Positions 10,517 through 21,274 are shown, counted from the first letter of the stretch. The stretch is 51,444 bases of DNA from a virus (IMGVR_UViG_3300032327_000733:1-51444), one strand, 5' to 3'. Translations and numbers: made by a program. The notes: a model not told the origin generated them from the letters alone.

Positions 10517-11450
10517 AGTCAAAAGAAGTACAATCAGTGGAGTAATACCCACAACCCTAGATCTTGATCTTGGCGAATTGGCTGTTAACATAGCTGATAA
10601 GAAAGTATACACTTCTAATGGTAGCTCTGTATTTGAATTAAGTTCGAACGTATCTAATATTGCAATAACCGGAAATCTGACTTTTGGCACCGGTAGATTC
10701 GTTGCAAATGGTGGCTCTGGTATCGCTGGTCAGGTTCTCACTAGTAATGGAACTTCGGTTTATTGGGCGACCTCCGCCGCCAAAGCTTCGGTGCAAATAA
10801 GTAGCATAGCTCCTTCGTCACCTCCCCCTGATGACGGAGATCTTTGGTGGAATAGTACTACCCTAACTCTTTATATTTACAGAAACTTCCAGTGGGTTAT
10901 TGCTATAGCTAACGGCGGATCCAATACAAACATTCAGTTCAATGATTCTTCTTTACTTGGTGGTTCAAATAACTTCACTTACAATAAAACAACAGGAACA
11001 CTATCTGTTGGTAATGTAACTATCAACTCAACTTCAATCAGTACTAACACCGCAAACATTGTTCTTGGTAATACATCTGTTATTGTTGCTAATGGTAGCT
11101 TCGGCTCTAATGGTCAGGTCCTAACCAGTAATGGTTCTGGTATGTACTGGGGTTATGGCGGTGGCGGTCCATATGTAAGACTTACATCAAATACAACGTT
11201 GACTCCGTACAGATCGTTTCTTGCTGATACTTCTAACGGTTCTGTTTATCTGACTCTTCCAGCATCACCGAGCGAAGGACAGAGACTTGCAGTTGCAGAT
11301 GGTGGTGGTAATAAAATCGCTAATCCTGCAGTAATTCTAAGAAACGGATCCACGATCAGTGGAACGACAAATGACTTATCTTTCGACGTGCCAGATACTG
11401 TCGCTGAATTTGTTTATACAGGAACTACCTGGAAAGTGTTCACTTGGTGA
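10500..11450 (+). CDS. Short fibre-like virion protein
   Basis: N-terminal 'FKVKRS..P..LDLGELAVNIADKKVY', GQVLTSN modules, C-terminal 'LTLPASPSEGQ..VAD..FVYTGTTW' domain. Confidence 0.7.
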   Translation: MATKFKVKRSTISGVIPTTLDLDLGELAVNIADKKVYTSNGSSVFELSSNVSNIAITGNLTFGTGRFVANGGSGIAGQVLTSNGTSVYWATSAAKASVQISSIAPSSPPPDDGDLWWNSTTLTLYIYRNFQWVIAIANGGSNTNIQFNDSSLLGGSNNFTYNKTTGTLSVGNVTINSTSISTNTANIVLGNTSVIVANGSFGSNGQVLTSNGSGMYWGYGGGGPYVRLTSNTTLTPYRSFLADTSNGSVYLTLPASPSEGQRLAVADGGGNKIANPAVILRNGSTISGTTNDLSFDVPDTVAEFVYTGTTWKVFTW

Positions 11451-11454
11451 TTAT

Positions 11455-11462
11455 TATAAATA
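11455..11462 (+). promoter_or_regulatory. T4-type late promoter
   Basis: Exact TATAAATA in an intergenic gap. The gp55 late sigma factor is encoded in this window. Confidence 0.8.
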
Positions 11463-11491
11463 AAACAAACCTAATCACGGAACAGGCTTAG

Positions 11492-12265
11492 ATGCTAAAG
11501 CTTTCGAATCTTTATCAAAACACTTCTGCCATAGCAGCTGCTGCAGCACCAGCAGAGTTTGCCATGCACGCGCTCTCGCGCGACGCGAACGGTTTGCTGA
11601 CGTATACGAAAGTTCTATGGGCTAACACAGCTGAATCAGTCAATATAACTAATATGACCGGCAAGGGTTTTGCTTACAATGGTATGGAAGAATTCATCAA
11701 CGGTTATACTCTAAGCAATGCTATGCATAACCTCGACAAGATTTCAGGAGATCAAGTCGGCGAAAAGAACGTTATTGCAAACACTTTTCTTGTTAGAGTA
11801 ACTGCAGTTGGCGGCAACACTCAGTACACTATCAATGGTGATACGAGTCCAGTGTTGTATCTTACTAAGGGTTCTACCTATAAGTTCGTGACCGAAGACA
11901 GTTCTACAATCAGTCATCCAATTTTTATCTCAACTGCTCCGAGTGGCGGTTCTTATACGAACGAATATTTGTATGGTGTGGAATTTTCTAGATCGGCAAA
12001 TGTTAGCACTCAAACCCCAGACGCGAATACGTCGACATCAAATCCTCTGATCTTTACAGTTCCTGTTAATGCACCAAAACAGCTTTACTATGCTTCCGGA
12101 AATGACGCTGGTTGTTTCGGAATTATTCGTATGGAAGAAGCATTGACGAATACAACGAACAGAAAGTACGAGCAGGTTAGATTTGACAATCAACAGCTAA
12201 ATTATTATTTGGACTCTCGAGGGTTTTTGGTTGCTCGCTATGGCGCTGATTATTCTTACACCTAA
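11492..12265 (+). CDS. Virion structural protein with an inserted cupredoxin-like beta domain
   Basis: Lies downstream of a late promoter. Internal 'INGDTSPVLYLTKGSTYKF..HPIFI..FTVPVNAPKQLYY' module. Confidence 0.6.
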   Translation: MLKLSNLYQNTSAIAAAAAPAEFAMHALSRDANGLLTYTKVLWANTAESVNITNMTGKGFAYNGMEEFINGYTLSNAMHNLDKISGDQVGEKNVIANTFLVRVTAVGGNTQYTINGDTSPVLYLTKGSTYKFVTEDSSTISHPIFISTAPSGGSYTNEYLYGVEFSRSANVSTQTPDANTSTSNPLIFTVPVNAPKQLYYASGNDAGCFGIIRMEEALTNTTNRKYEQVRFDNQQLNYYLDSRGFLVARYGADYSYT

Positions 12266-12292
12266 ATAAAAATAAAAGATTTGGAGAGTTAA

Positions 12293-15200
12293 ATGGTCGA
12301 TTTCGTACTAGGCAGACTAAAATTTACTTACCAAGGTAACTGGACAACCACATTTGCCTACATCAAAGACGACATCGTAACTTATGGTGGACGTACGTAT
12401 GTTTGCGTCACCAATCACACATCAAATGCTTCTGCTTCGGGTGGTTTCTATTCTGATTCCGCTAACTGGAATCTGATCTCTGACGGTATTCAGTACAAGG
12501 GTGCTTGGGTAACTTCAACTTACTATAAGGTAAATGATCTTGTAAAATATGGCTCTAACATTTGGATCTGTACCGCTGGACACACTTCCGGAGCAACGTT
12601 CCAAACCACACAGGCTAATTTCACCGTATTAGTTAACGGTCTTCAGTTCCTAAGTGCTTACAATAATGCTACGCAGTACACCATCGGTGACGTTGTGTCA
12701 TACGGTGGATATGTTTACGCAGCTAAGACAGACACTCTTGGAAATCTACCAACAAATGCTACTTACTGGAGCGTCGTAACTGCTGGTTACAATCCTCGAG
12801 GTGCATGGTCTGGTGGTACAGCATACAAAATCGGTGATACGGTAATCTATGGTGCTTACAGCTACGTAGCATCTCAGGATAGCACTGGACAAACTCCATC
12901 ACCCGGTTCGTCTTACTGGACTCAGGTATCTGCTGGTACTAAGTTCATTGGCGTTTGGTCTAGTGGAACTGGCTATAAACTTGGAGATATTGTAACTTAT
13001 GGTGCTTATAGCTACGTTGCTTTACAGGACGGAACCAACCAAAATCCTTCAACGGCTGGTTCTTATTGGCAACAACTAAATCCTGGTAATCAGTTCAGAT
13101 CAACATACTCTGCTGGTACTACCTACAATAAAGGTGATATCGTAACGTATGGTGGTAACTCGTACATTGCTATTCAAGATACGATTGGTAATACACCAAC
13201 AAATGCTACTTTCTGGACTGCTCTTGTTTCTGGTTTCTCTTTCCAGGGTGCATGGTCAGGCGCTACAGCTTACAAGGTCGGTCAAGTTGTAACATATAGC
13301 GGTTACTCGTATATCTGTATTCAAGATGCTTCATCTGGTACTGCTCCTTCGAATGGTACTTACTGGACTGCGCTAAATTCCGGATTCAAGTGGAACAATG
13401 CTTGGGCGAATGCTACATCATACCAGACTGGCGATGTTGTAAGCTATGGCGGTTCTTCTTATGTGTCCGTTGGTTATAACAACGCAAACAATGCGCCAAG
13501 CCCAGGGTCTAATACTTATTGGCAGCTAGTTGCTCAAGGGACAACTGCTAATCTTGGTTTGACTACCATTGGTGACACTCTGTTCTATAACGTCAGTGGT
13601 CTAGATCGTCTTCCGATCGGCTCTAATAACACCATCATGACTTCGAATGGAACAACATTATCTTGGGGCAATCCAGGCGTTTCCGCAAATGCTTATTATG
13701 TTTCGCCAAACGGTGTTGATGCTGCTGGCTATGGTTCTACTATTCAGAAACCGTTCAAGACAATTCAATATGCTACTCAGCAAACCAGTGGTCTATCTAC
13801 AATCTTTATAAAGACCGGTACATATACTGAACAGCTTCCCATCGTTGTTCCACCAAACGTTTCGATCGTTGGTGAAACAATGCGTACGACTATTGTTCAA
13901 CCAATAACTGGCGTTCTGAGTAATGATGGTGTAAATAATAACGAAAACTCAACGATGTTCCAGATGTCTGATGGAACATCGTTGAATAGTATTTCAATGA
14001 GAGGAATGACTGGATTTGTTCCTTCTGGTAATGATATTACTGGTGCCACTCTCAAAGGTATAGGTATTGCTTTCAATCCAGCAAGCCCAGTAACTACAAA
14101 GAGCCCATACATTGTATATTGCTCGGCGCTCTTCACTAGTGGTATTGGTGCACTGGTTGATGGTTCGGTTCATGCTTCTGGTAATAGAAGTATGCTATTC
14201 CACTCATTCACGAACATAGCCGATAACGGCGTAGGTATCTATGCAAAGGACAAGGGTAAATCGGAAGTTGTTTCCTGCTTTACTTACTTTGCTTATTTCG
14301 GTTATGCTGCTTCTGGTGGTGGTGTTATTCGAAGCCTGAACGGTAACCATTCTTACGGTAACTACGGTTCATTCGCCAGAGGTTATGACACAACCGAAGT
14401 TTCATCAAACGGTGTTGTTTATGGTAACATGCTTACCCTCAACTCCAATGCTGTAAACTATAGTGTTGGTGAAACAATCGTTGGTAGCGTAACAGGCGCA
14501 AGAGGTACTGTAACTGCGGTACAGGGTACCGCTGGAACTGTTTACTATTATAAGTCTAATGCGAATACGTTCACAACAAATGAAACAGTAACTGGTCTGA
14601 GCAGTACGTATGCTGCCAATACTCTTTCTTCAAACAGTGTAACTGGTCAGGCTGGATTTATTCTAGTTGTCAGTGGTCTTCCACAGGCTCCTGGTATCGG
14701 TCAGAGCTTGAATTTTACGAGTGGTGATACTCAGTCATACATCATTCAGAATTATTCTGGTACATATATCAATTCAAGCAGCGTGCTTCAGCTCGTTCTT
14801 ACTGCTCAAAAAACAACACCATCTTCGAATGGTGCTGCTATACAAATCAGAAGTAACTTCAGTAACATTCGTCTAACAGGTCACGACTTCTTGAGTGTAG
14901 GAACTGGTAATACTACAACCAGTGGATACCCGAGCGTCAATAACGCTCTGACGATTCAGGCTCAGGAAACTTCAGCTGCTAACGTTGGTCGCGTTTATTA
15001 TACCTCTACTGACCAAGACGGTAACTTCCGTGTAGGTTCATACTTTGCTGTTAATCAGGCAACTGGTGCTGCTACTCTTAACGCATCCGCATTCAATCTG
15101 TCAGGTCTTACATCACTACGACTTGGTTCTATCGGTGCCCAGGTCGGTGCTCTGATCAGTGAGTTCTCTACTGACGGAACAATGAGCGCTAATAGTGACG

Positions 15201-15667
15201 CAAAAGTCCCAACACAGCAAGCTGTAAAAACTTACGTCGATAATAAAGCTGCTCAGGTCTTTACACTTGATGACATTTCTGCTCTGTTCAATGGAGCTCA
15301 AACTGTGTTTTCGTTGACTTACAGTAACACTACTGTAACGAGCGCCAATGCATCCCCAGTAGATCCTAATAAATTACAGATTTACATTGGTAGCGTTTTT
15401 GTAGATTACAATCCAAATGTTTACAGATACGACTATGTAAATCTGACTGAGTTCGGAACATCAAATACATTTGTGAATGGTACATTCAATTCCGGATGGT
15501 ATTTGTCTGGAGCATCAAACAATATTATCAACTTTGCAACTCCACCATTATCAGGAATGTCGTTTGATGGTTTCTGGAGATCTGGTGTTGGAATTGATAA
15601 AGATGTTACATATTCAACAAACAGTTCGGCTTATTTCACACCATTAAATATTGCGTTTGGGGCATAA
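12293..15667 (+). CDS. Large fibre/tailspike-like protein: 8 CBM5/12-like repeats followed by a pectin-lyase-like beta-helix region
   Basis: Eight ~49-aa repeats (GxW...YxxGDxVxYGGxxYV...W), then 'YYVSPNG.D..GSTIQKPFKTIQYA..IFIKTGTYTEQLPI.VP.NVSIVGE', the usual start of a beta-helix. Confidence 0.75.
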   Translation: MVDFVLGRLKFTYQGNWTTTFAYIKDDIVTYGGRTYVCVTNHTSNASASGGFYSDSANWNLISDGIQYKGAWVTSTYYKVNDLVKYGSNIWICTAGHTSGATFQTTQANFTVLVNGLQFLSAYNNATQYTIGDVVSYGGYVYAAKTDTLGNLPTNATYWSVVTAGYNPRGAWSGGTAYKIGDTVIYGAYSYVASQDSTGQTPSPGSSYWTQVSAGTKFIGVWSSGTGYKLGDIVTYGAYSYVALQDGTNQNPSTAGSYWQQLNPGNQFRSTYSAGTTYNKGDIVTYGGNSYIAIQDTIGNTPTNATFWTALVSGFSFQGAWSGATAYKVGQVVTYSGYSYICIQDASSGTAPSNGTYWTALNSGFKWNNAWANATSYQTGDVVSYGGSSYVSVGYNNANNAPSPGSNTYWQLVAQGTTANLGLTTIGDTLFYNVSGLDRLPIGSNNTIMTSNGTTLSWGNPGVSANAYYVSPNGVDAAGYGSTIQKPFKTIQYATQQTSGLSTIFIKTGTYTEQLPIVVPPNVSIVGETMRTTIVQPITGVLSNDGVNNNENSTMFQMSDGTSLNSISMRGMTGFVPSGNDITGATLKGIGIAFNPASPVTTKSPYIVYCSALFTSGIGALVDGSVHASGNRSMLFHSFTNIADNGVGIYAKDKGKSEVVSCFTYFAYFGYAASGGGVIRSLNGNHSYGNYGSFARGYDTTEVSSNGVVYGNMLTLNSNAVNYSVGETIVGSVTGARGTVTAVQGTAGTVYYYKSNANTFTTNETVTGLSSTYAANTLSSNSVTGQAGFILVVSGLPQAPGIGQSLNFTSGDTQSYIIQNYSGTYINSSSVLQLVLTAQKTTPSSNGAAIQIRSNFSNIRLTGHDFLSVGTGNTTTSGYPSVNNALTIQAQETSAANVGRVYYTSTDQDGNFRVGSYFAVNQATGAATLNASAFNLSGLTSLRLGSIGAQVGALISEFSTDGTMSANSDAKVPTQQAVKTYVDNKAAQVFTLDDISALFNGAQTVFSLTYSNTTVTSANASPVDPNKLQIYIGSVFVDYNPNVYRYDYVNLTEFGTSNTFVNGTFNSGWYLSGASNNIINFATPPLSGMSFDGFWRSGVGIDKDVTYSTNSSAYFTPLNIAFGA
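12326..13535 (+). repeat. Eight tandem carbohydrate-binding-module-like repeats (~147 nt period)
   Basis: Repeat starts: YQGNW, YKGAW, FLSAY, PRGAW, FIGVW, FRSTY, FQGAW, WNNAW. Confidence 0.85.
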
Positions 15668-15691
15668 TCCTCAAAGTAAGAATTATAGATA

Positions 15692-15699
15692 TATAAATA
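15692..15699 (+). promoter_or_regulatory. T4-type late promoter
   Basis: Intergenic TATAAATA upstream of the ORF at 15736. Confidence 0.8.
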
Positions 15700-15735
15700 A
15701 ACAAAATAAGGTTTCACTTAGAAAGGTTTTTCACA

Positions 15736-18700
15736 ATGGCAAGAAGAGTAATTCTAGACACTCAGTATACGTTTAACCCAGCTTCAAGAACAATCACGAT
15801 TCCGAGAGCTCTGCCTCGCGAGCGTCTGCTGCTGATCACAAACGTAACAACAAACCGAGTGATCTATAACTTCAGTGATTCGACGCTGACTGCAACAGCT
15901 TATAGTTTGGCTCAGGCAACTACCAGTGCCACAAACGCTGTTACTACGATTACGCTGGCATTCAATACAACTTCTATGAGCTCGACAGATAAGCTCCAGA
16001 TTGTTATTGACGAACCAGCTGAGCTGTTTGCTCCTGACGAAGCTTATCTTGACCCTGTCGGAAAAATGCGTGTATCGACTCCACAGGCTCTTATTGATAC
16101 TGACTTTGAGTATGGCTTGCAGCCAACAAAGTGGGAAACACTTACCCTTCTGAATAATCGTCCTTCTTTCTTTGTGAACACTCAGACTCCTTTCACGATT
16201 ACTGATATTACAGTCGTAAATGCTTCCTTAACAGTTACTGTCGCAACAACAACTCCTCCTGCTGTCGGTACTCCTATTCTTATTCAAGATTGTATCTTTG
16301 CCGGTGGTAACGGAGCGTTCCTAGTTGAAACTGTATCTGCTGGTGTGAGCTTTACCTATACTGCTCGTTATCCGTTCACTGGTACTACTGGTTCGGTTTA
16401 CAACTCTGCTCTTACTCTTGCATTCACTGGTTCGTTCTATACCGGCGCAGCATATCCCATTCCTTCTCAGCCAGTAATTGGTGCAGCTGGTCTTGTTACT
16501 ATTACAACAACCGGTTCGCATGGTCTTCAGGTTGGTGATGGTATCTATATTGCCAATACATCGGTTTCATCTGGTAATAACATCAGCAGTTCGTACAGCG
16601 TTGCCAGTGTTTCAAACTCGACTGTATTCTCTGTTATCGCGCCAAACTCACCAACTTCTGGTGCTACTGTAACAAACGGTGTAATTTACGCTCGTCCAGA
16701 TGGTGTTTATTTGCACCGTCCGTTTGATGGTGGTGTTACATTCAACACTGGTACACCAGCTCACAATATTCAAACAATTCGTCAAACACGTCGTTTCTTC
16801 CGTTATCAGTCTGGTAAGGGTATTCAGATTTCAACTGGTACGATTCTGAAGCCAAATATCAACATCGATCAAATTGACTCTACAACTGCTACAGGTTCGG
16901 CTTCTGTCAACATTACTGTAACGACAAAAGTTGGTCACGCTCTCCAGAACGGCGTTACAATCGTAGTTGCTGGCTGTAACGAAGCAGCTTATAACGGGAC
17001 CTTTACTGTAGCATCAGTAATCGACGCTTTCCGTTTCACATATACTGCCTCAACAATTCCTTCGGCTTCACCAGCTACCGGTCTTCCTTCTCTATCTGTA
17101 ACTAACTGGTATGGTTCTTCTTCTCGTATCGGTATGTTCGATGCACAGAACGGTGTTTTCTTCGAGTTTGATGGACAAACACTTTGGGCAGTTCGTCGTA
17201 AGTCAACTGATCAGCTAGCTGGTGGTGCTACTGTAACCAACGGTTCTACTACAGTTACCGGCGTTACATATAACAACTCTTCTACCAAGTTCAGCAAACA
17301 GCTAGTTCCTGGTGACTTCATTGTTATTCGTGGTATGTCTTATCGCGTTATGGACATTGTATCTGATACTTCTATGCAGATTTCTCCTGCATATCGTGGT
17401 TCGACTGTTACTTCGCCAAATTACGTAACGATCTCTAAGACAGTTGACATTCGCGTACCACAGAGCCAATTCAATATTGATACTCTTGATGGAAATGGTC
17501 CTTCTGGTACTGTTCTTGATCTTGCTAAGTCTCAGATGTTCTACATGGATTATAGCTGGTATGGTTCGGGTCCGATCCGTTACGGTTTCCGTGATACGCA
17601 GGGCAAGATCATCTACTGCCACCGTTTCGTAAACAACAACCAAAACTTGGAAGCATGGATGCGTTCTGGTAACCTTCCAGCCCGTTATGAAACAAACACA
17701 ATTGCTCCTAAGACTACAATGACAGCAAATGCACTATCAAGCGATACAACTCTGGTGGTTGCTAATACTTTCGGTTTCCCATCGAACGGTACAATCCTTA
17801 TCGCCAACCCAACAAGCTTTGAGTATGCAACTTATACCGGAACAACTGGTACTTCGTTCACTGGTCTAACAAGAGCGAAGGCATCTACTACTGTTTCGGG
17901 TATGAGCACTGTATCTGGTAGCGCGACCGTAACAACTGCTTCTTCTCTTGCTGGCGTTCAGGTAGGTATGCTTGTAACAAACGCCAACCTACCAAGAGAT
18001 ACCTACGTTGTTTCTATCAATACTGGCGCAGGTTCTGTTCTTCTAACACAGGCTGCTACTGCCACTTCTTCTGGTCTGACATTCGCGTTCATTCAGATGT
18101 CGCTGCCAGCAAATAACCATAATATCACTAACACTGCTCCGATTGCGGTTTACTCGCACGTACCTCAGTTCTCGCCAACTATCAGTCACTGGGGAACCTC
18201 GGTTATTATGGACGGACAGTTTGATGCAGATAAATCACTTCAGTTTACTTATGGTGAAACGTCACCAGTAACCGCTATTGCAGGTAACGTAGCTACTGTA
18301 ACTGTAACAAGCGGTTCGAACACCCTGTCGATTGTCAATACAACGCCAATCTTCCCGAACATGCTTCTATTCGGTAACAATATCGCGACTGGTGCATATG
18401 TTGCTTCTATCACTGCAGGTAGCCCAAATAATACGATTACGATGTCAGCAGCTGGAACTGGTACTGCAGCTGGAACGGTGTCTTATAACCAAGCTGTTGC
18501 TTTGGCTTCACTCCGTGTCTCTCCTGCAGTTGACTCCGGTATTCCAGGTGTGCTTGGTCAGAAAGAACTTATCAATCGTATGCAGCTGTCTCTTGCTGGT
18601 CTGGACGTTATTAACAATGGTAACTTCCTCATTCAGTTGTTCCTGAATGGTGTTCCAACCCAGCCTGCTTTGACTATTACAAGCTTCACTGGTGCACCGG

Positions 18701-19038
18701 CTATTCTAAACTCCTATGGTCGTATCGCACAGGGTACATCTTCTCTTGCTCAGGTAGCTGACCATAACGGTGGTTGCTATGTTGTCGGCGGTGAAGTCAT
18801 GTATAGCTTCTATGCGGTTAACAGCGCTGGTTCTACAAACTACTCGGTTACTAACGTCGACCTGACTAAGATCCGTGATCTTGGTAACTCGATCCTTGGT
18901 GGTGGTGTAAACAACAGCCCTGCTATCGCTGGTACTTACCCAGATGGTCCAGACGTTCTTACGGTTGTTGCTACTAACATTGGTACTGCTAATGCTACAG
19001 TTCAGACTCGTATCTCTTGGACTGAGGCTCAGGCGTAA
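15736..19038 (+). CDS. Large virion structural protein (fibre/baseplate-associated)
   Basis: 'RLLLITNVT..VIYNF', 'KMRVSTPQALIDTDFEYGLQPTKWE' and 'RQTRRFFRYQSGKGIQ..MFYMDYSWYG' are motifs of T4-like phage structural proteins. Also has repeated 'T.T...HGL..GD' beta modules and a late promoter. Confidence 0.75.
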   Translation: MARRVILDTQYTFNPASRTITIPRALPRERLLLITNVTTNRVIYNFSDSTLTATAYSLAQATTSATNAVTTITLAFNTTSMSSTDKLQIVIDEPAELFAPDEAYLDPVGKMRVSTPQALIDTDFEYGLQPTKWETLTLLNNRPSFFVNTQTPFTITDITVVNASLTVTVATTTPPAVGTPILIQDCIFAGGNGAFLVETVSAGVSFTYTARYPFTGTTGSVYNSALTLAFTGSFYTGAAYPIPSQPVIGAAGLVTITTTGSHGLQVGDGIYIANTSVSSGNNISSSYSVASVSNSTVFSVIAPNSPTSGATVTNGVIYARPDGVYLHRPFDGGVTFNTGTPAHNIQTIRQTRRFFRYQSGKGIQISTGTILKPNINIDQIDSTTATGSASVNITVTTKVGHALQNGVTIVVAGCNEAAYNGTFTVASVIDAFRFTYTASTIPSASPATGLPSLSVTNWYGSSSRIGMFDAQNGVFFEFDGQTLWAVRRKSTDQLAGGATVTNGSTTVTGVTYNNSSTKFSKQLVPGDFIVIRGMSYRVMDIVSDTSMQISPAYRGSTVTSPNYVTISKTVDIRVPQSQFNIDTLDGNGPSGTVLDLAKSQMFYMDYSWYGSGPIRYGFRDTQGKIIYCHRFVNNNQNLEAWMRSGNLPARYETNTIAPKTTMTANALSSDTTLVVANTFGFPSNGTILIANPTSFEYATYTGTTGTSFTGLTRAKASTTVSGMSTVSGSATVTTASSLAGVQVGMLVTNANLPRDTYVVSINTGAGSVLLTQAATATSSGLTFAFIQMSLPANNHNITNTAPIAVYSHVPQFSPTISHWGTSVIMDGQFDADKSLQFTYGETSPVTAIAGNVATVTVTSGSNTLSIVNTTPIFPNMLLFGNNIATGAYVASITAGSPNNTITMSAAGTGTAAGTVSYNQAVALASLRVSPAVDSGIPGVLGQKELINRMQLSLAGLDVINNGNFLIQLFLNGVPTQPALTITSFTGAPAILNSYGRIAQGTSSLAQVADHNGGCYVVGGEVMYSFYAVNSAGSTNYSVTNVDLTKIRDLGNSILGGGVNNSPAIAGTYPDGPDVLTVVATNIGTANATVQTRISWTEAQA

Positions 19039-19062
19039 TAGTTACAAAGGGGATATTTTAGT

Positions 19063-19431
19063 ATGGCTGTAAATAAAATATTCTTAGATACAGATGGGCT
19101 GATCGTAGGTAACGGTCAGCTTGTCACCTCAGGCAATTCTGTATCAATTGCGAACTCTCTGTTTGTTGGTGGTAATTTCTATGCTCCTAGTTTGGCGGCA
19201 ACAATTACTCTGACAAAACCTTTTAACGCAAACAATACAACTTATAATGCTAATGGTTATATCACTTCAATAACCGAGGGAACGATAACCACATCAAATG
19301 TTGTTTATAATTCCCTGGGTTTACCAACAAACTGGGTTGAAACAGAAACAGCATTCGGTCCGGCTATAAGCTTCAGATATACAGCGACATATAATGGATC
19401 GGGGTTATTGACTTCGATCACACGTCAATAA
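19063..19431 (+). CDS. Small structural/hypothetical protein with YD-like beta hairpins
   Basis: 'TYNANGYITSI', 'YNSLGLPT', 'TYNGSGLLTSI'. Confidence 0.6.
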   Translation: MAVNKIFLDTDGLIVGNGQLVTSGNSVSIANSLFVGGNFYAPSLAATITLTKPFNANNTTYNANGYITSITEGTITTSNVVYNSLGLPTNWVETETAFGPAISFRYTATYNGSGLLTSITRQ

Positions 19432-19441
19432 GGAAAACAAA

Positions 19442-20590
19442 ATGGCAGTTGATGTATCCGTATATAATGAAATTGCAAGAAATAATGATGCTCTAACTCA
19501 GTGTGTTTCCAACGCATATACTCCTTGTTATATTCTTGGTTATTCTAATGGCACTAATGCTGCAACAACAATCAATAATGCCGGTTTAACATGTCAGCAA
19601 GGAATATATTCTATAAGACTTGCTTGCGATCTTATTGCACAGCCTTGGTGCTGTTGTTATTGGGCTGCTATTCCGACTCTTCCTAGTGTTACCGGTGGTT
19701 TATTTGTGTGTGATACATCATATGCAAGATGTGGAGTTTGTTGTTTGTGGACAGTTCCTGGTGGAGCTCAATTTGTTAGATTCCAGATGTGGGGAGCTGG
19801 CGCGTTGTCTCAAGGATCTGTATGTTGCTGTGGAATATCAATTCCTGGAAGTTCAGGAGCATATGCTTCGGTAATTATTCCTGCAGTTCCTGGTTGTCAA
19901 TACACTCTTTGCGCAGGCTGTGCAATGTGTTGTTTTCCTGATTACAGTAATCCATCAACAACCGGATCTGGCTGCGCTTCTTATGTTAATGGTTACGGTT
20001 TGAATGGTGTTTGCGCTGAGGGCGGAGAGGTCAGTACATTTTGTTGGATGAAAAGAAAAATGGCTGTAAATGGTGTTGATGACGCTAATTTTGCAGGTAT
20101 TTGTGTCATTTTACCAAATTCCACCTGGGCTTATAATGCAGTTCCCAAAGGAGCATACACTGGTTATTGTATGTGCACCAACGGTGGTTTTTGTTTTTCT
20201 AGCAATTGTCAGACAATGGGCAGTCATCCTTTCGTAACATCGTGTAAAACTTTTCGAGGAAGTGTAACTAACGGAACTCAATGTTGTCATTTTGTTATCG
20301 GAACTCCTGGCGCTTGGAATAAGTTAGAAGGTGTTAATAGTAGCTACTATTTTTTACCTTATACACCACCGGTTACTTGTTACGATTGCCAATGTTATCC
20401 ACAATGTTATAATATTGGTTATCTTTATGCTGGCAGCAGTTGCGCTATGTGTATTAATTCTAGCAATCCATGTTCAAGAGCAGATAATGCTCCTGGTAGA
20501 GGTGGTGGTGGTTCTATGTCTTCTGGCGGCAATGGTTCATACACCGGATTCCAAGGAAATGGTGGTGCGGTTTGTGTTCAGTATCTATGA
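19442..20590 (+). CDS. Cys-rich glycine-rich adhesin-like virion protein (paralog 1)
   Basis: 38 Cys in 382 aa by manual count. 'WTVPGG..VRFQMWGAG', 'GAYAS' and C-terminal 'GNGGAVCVQY' match the glycine-rich fibre-tip domain pattern. Confidence 0.7.
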   Translation: MAVDVSVYNEIARNNDALTQCVSNAYTPCYILGYSNGTNAATTINNAGLTCQQGIYSIRLACDLIAQPWCCCYWAAIPTLPSVTGGLFVCDTSYARCGVCCLWTVPGGAQFVRFQMWGAGALSQGSVCCCGISIPGSSGAYASVIIPAVPGCQYTLCAGCAMCCFPDYSNPSTTGSGCASYVNGYGLNGVCAEGGEVSTFCWMKRKMAVNGVDDANFAGICVILPNSTWAYNAVPKGAYTGYCMCTNGGFCFSSNCQTMGSHPFVTSCKTFRGSVTNGTQCCHFVIGTPGAWNKLEGVNSSYYFLPYTPPVTCYDCQCYPQCYNIGYLYAGSSCAMCINSSNPCSRADNAPGRGGGGSMSSGGNGSYTGFQGNGGAVCVQYL

Positions 20591-20619
20591 TAAATAAATG
20601 TAAAGATTAGAGGTTTCAA

Positions 20620-21258
20620 ATGGCAAATGTTAGCATACAGTTCACTAAAAAAATTCCTGATTCGTTATATGTCAATACGTTTGTAAGCAACTCTAGCTTA
20701 ACGTTGACATATAATGGTCCAGAATCGTCATTACTTCTTATAGAGAAAGACCATGGTCATATCTGTGGTGTTCTCGAGACTATGGAAGATGCCTATAATC
20801 CAGATGATTATCTTGTTATAGAAACTTTGGCTTCTGATTCGCCGGATGTTCTTTGTTATTTTCATCAGTCTGAATTTCCGGAAAGAGAATACGTAACTGA
20901 AACTCTTGTTGATGGTACAACTCACGAAGAGATTTCAAATCCTACTCTCAAAGATTACTACAGAACATTTTATGATTTAGAAAACAAAATCTGGGTTTGG
21001 GAAGTTATTACAAGAGAACCTCGTTCTGTCTATAATGATGTGGTAGATCGTTACAGAGAATATGTAAATCAGAATTTACATAAAATTGAATCGAATGAAT
21101 CTTTGAAGGAAGTTGCTACAAAATACCTACAAAGATTGACAGATTTTGAAACAACTGGTGCTGGTAGCATTCCTTCTTGGAAAATAATAACTGCAAATAT
21201 TGCTAGTGTTCCTTTACCTTCACCATTACTGATGACTGCTTTCGAAAACACGCCGTAA
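20620..21258 (+). CDS. Hypothetical protein between the two Cys-rich paralogs (possible assembly chaperone or partner)
   Basis: Acidic soluble-looking ORF with RBS GAGG. Function inferred from position only. Confidence 0.55.
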   Translation: MANVSIQFTKKIPDSLYVNTFVSNSSLTLTYNGPESSLLLIEKDHGHICGVLETMEDAYNPDDYLVIETLASDSPDVLCYFHQSEFPEREYVTETLVDGTTHEEISNPTLKDYYRTFYDLENKIWVWEVITREPRSVYNDVVDRYREYVNQNLHKIESNESLKEVATKYLQRLTDFETTGAGSIPSWKIITANIASVPLPSPLLMTAFENTP

Positions 21259-21274
21259 AACCAGAGGGCAAAAA

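Noticed and set aside
6580-13535. Tandem repeats considered as a CRISPR array or DGR template/variable repeats
   Set aside because: The repeats are in-frame coding units with synonymous divergence. There is no repeat-spacer pattern, no adenine-specific mismatch pair noticed, and no cas or reverse transcriptase gene in the window.
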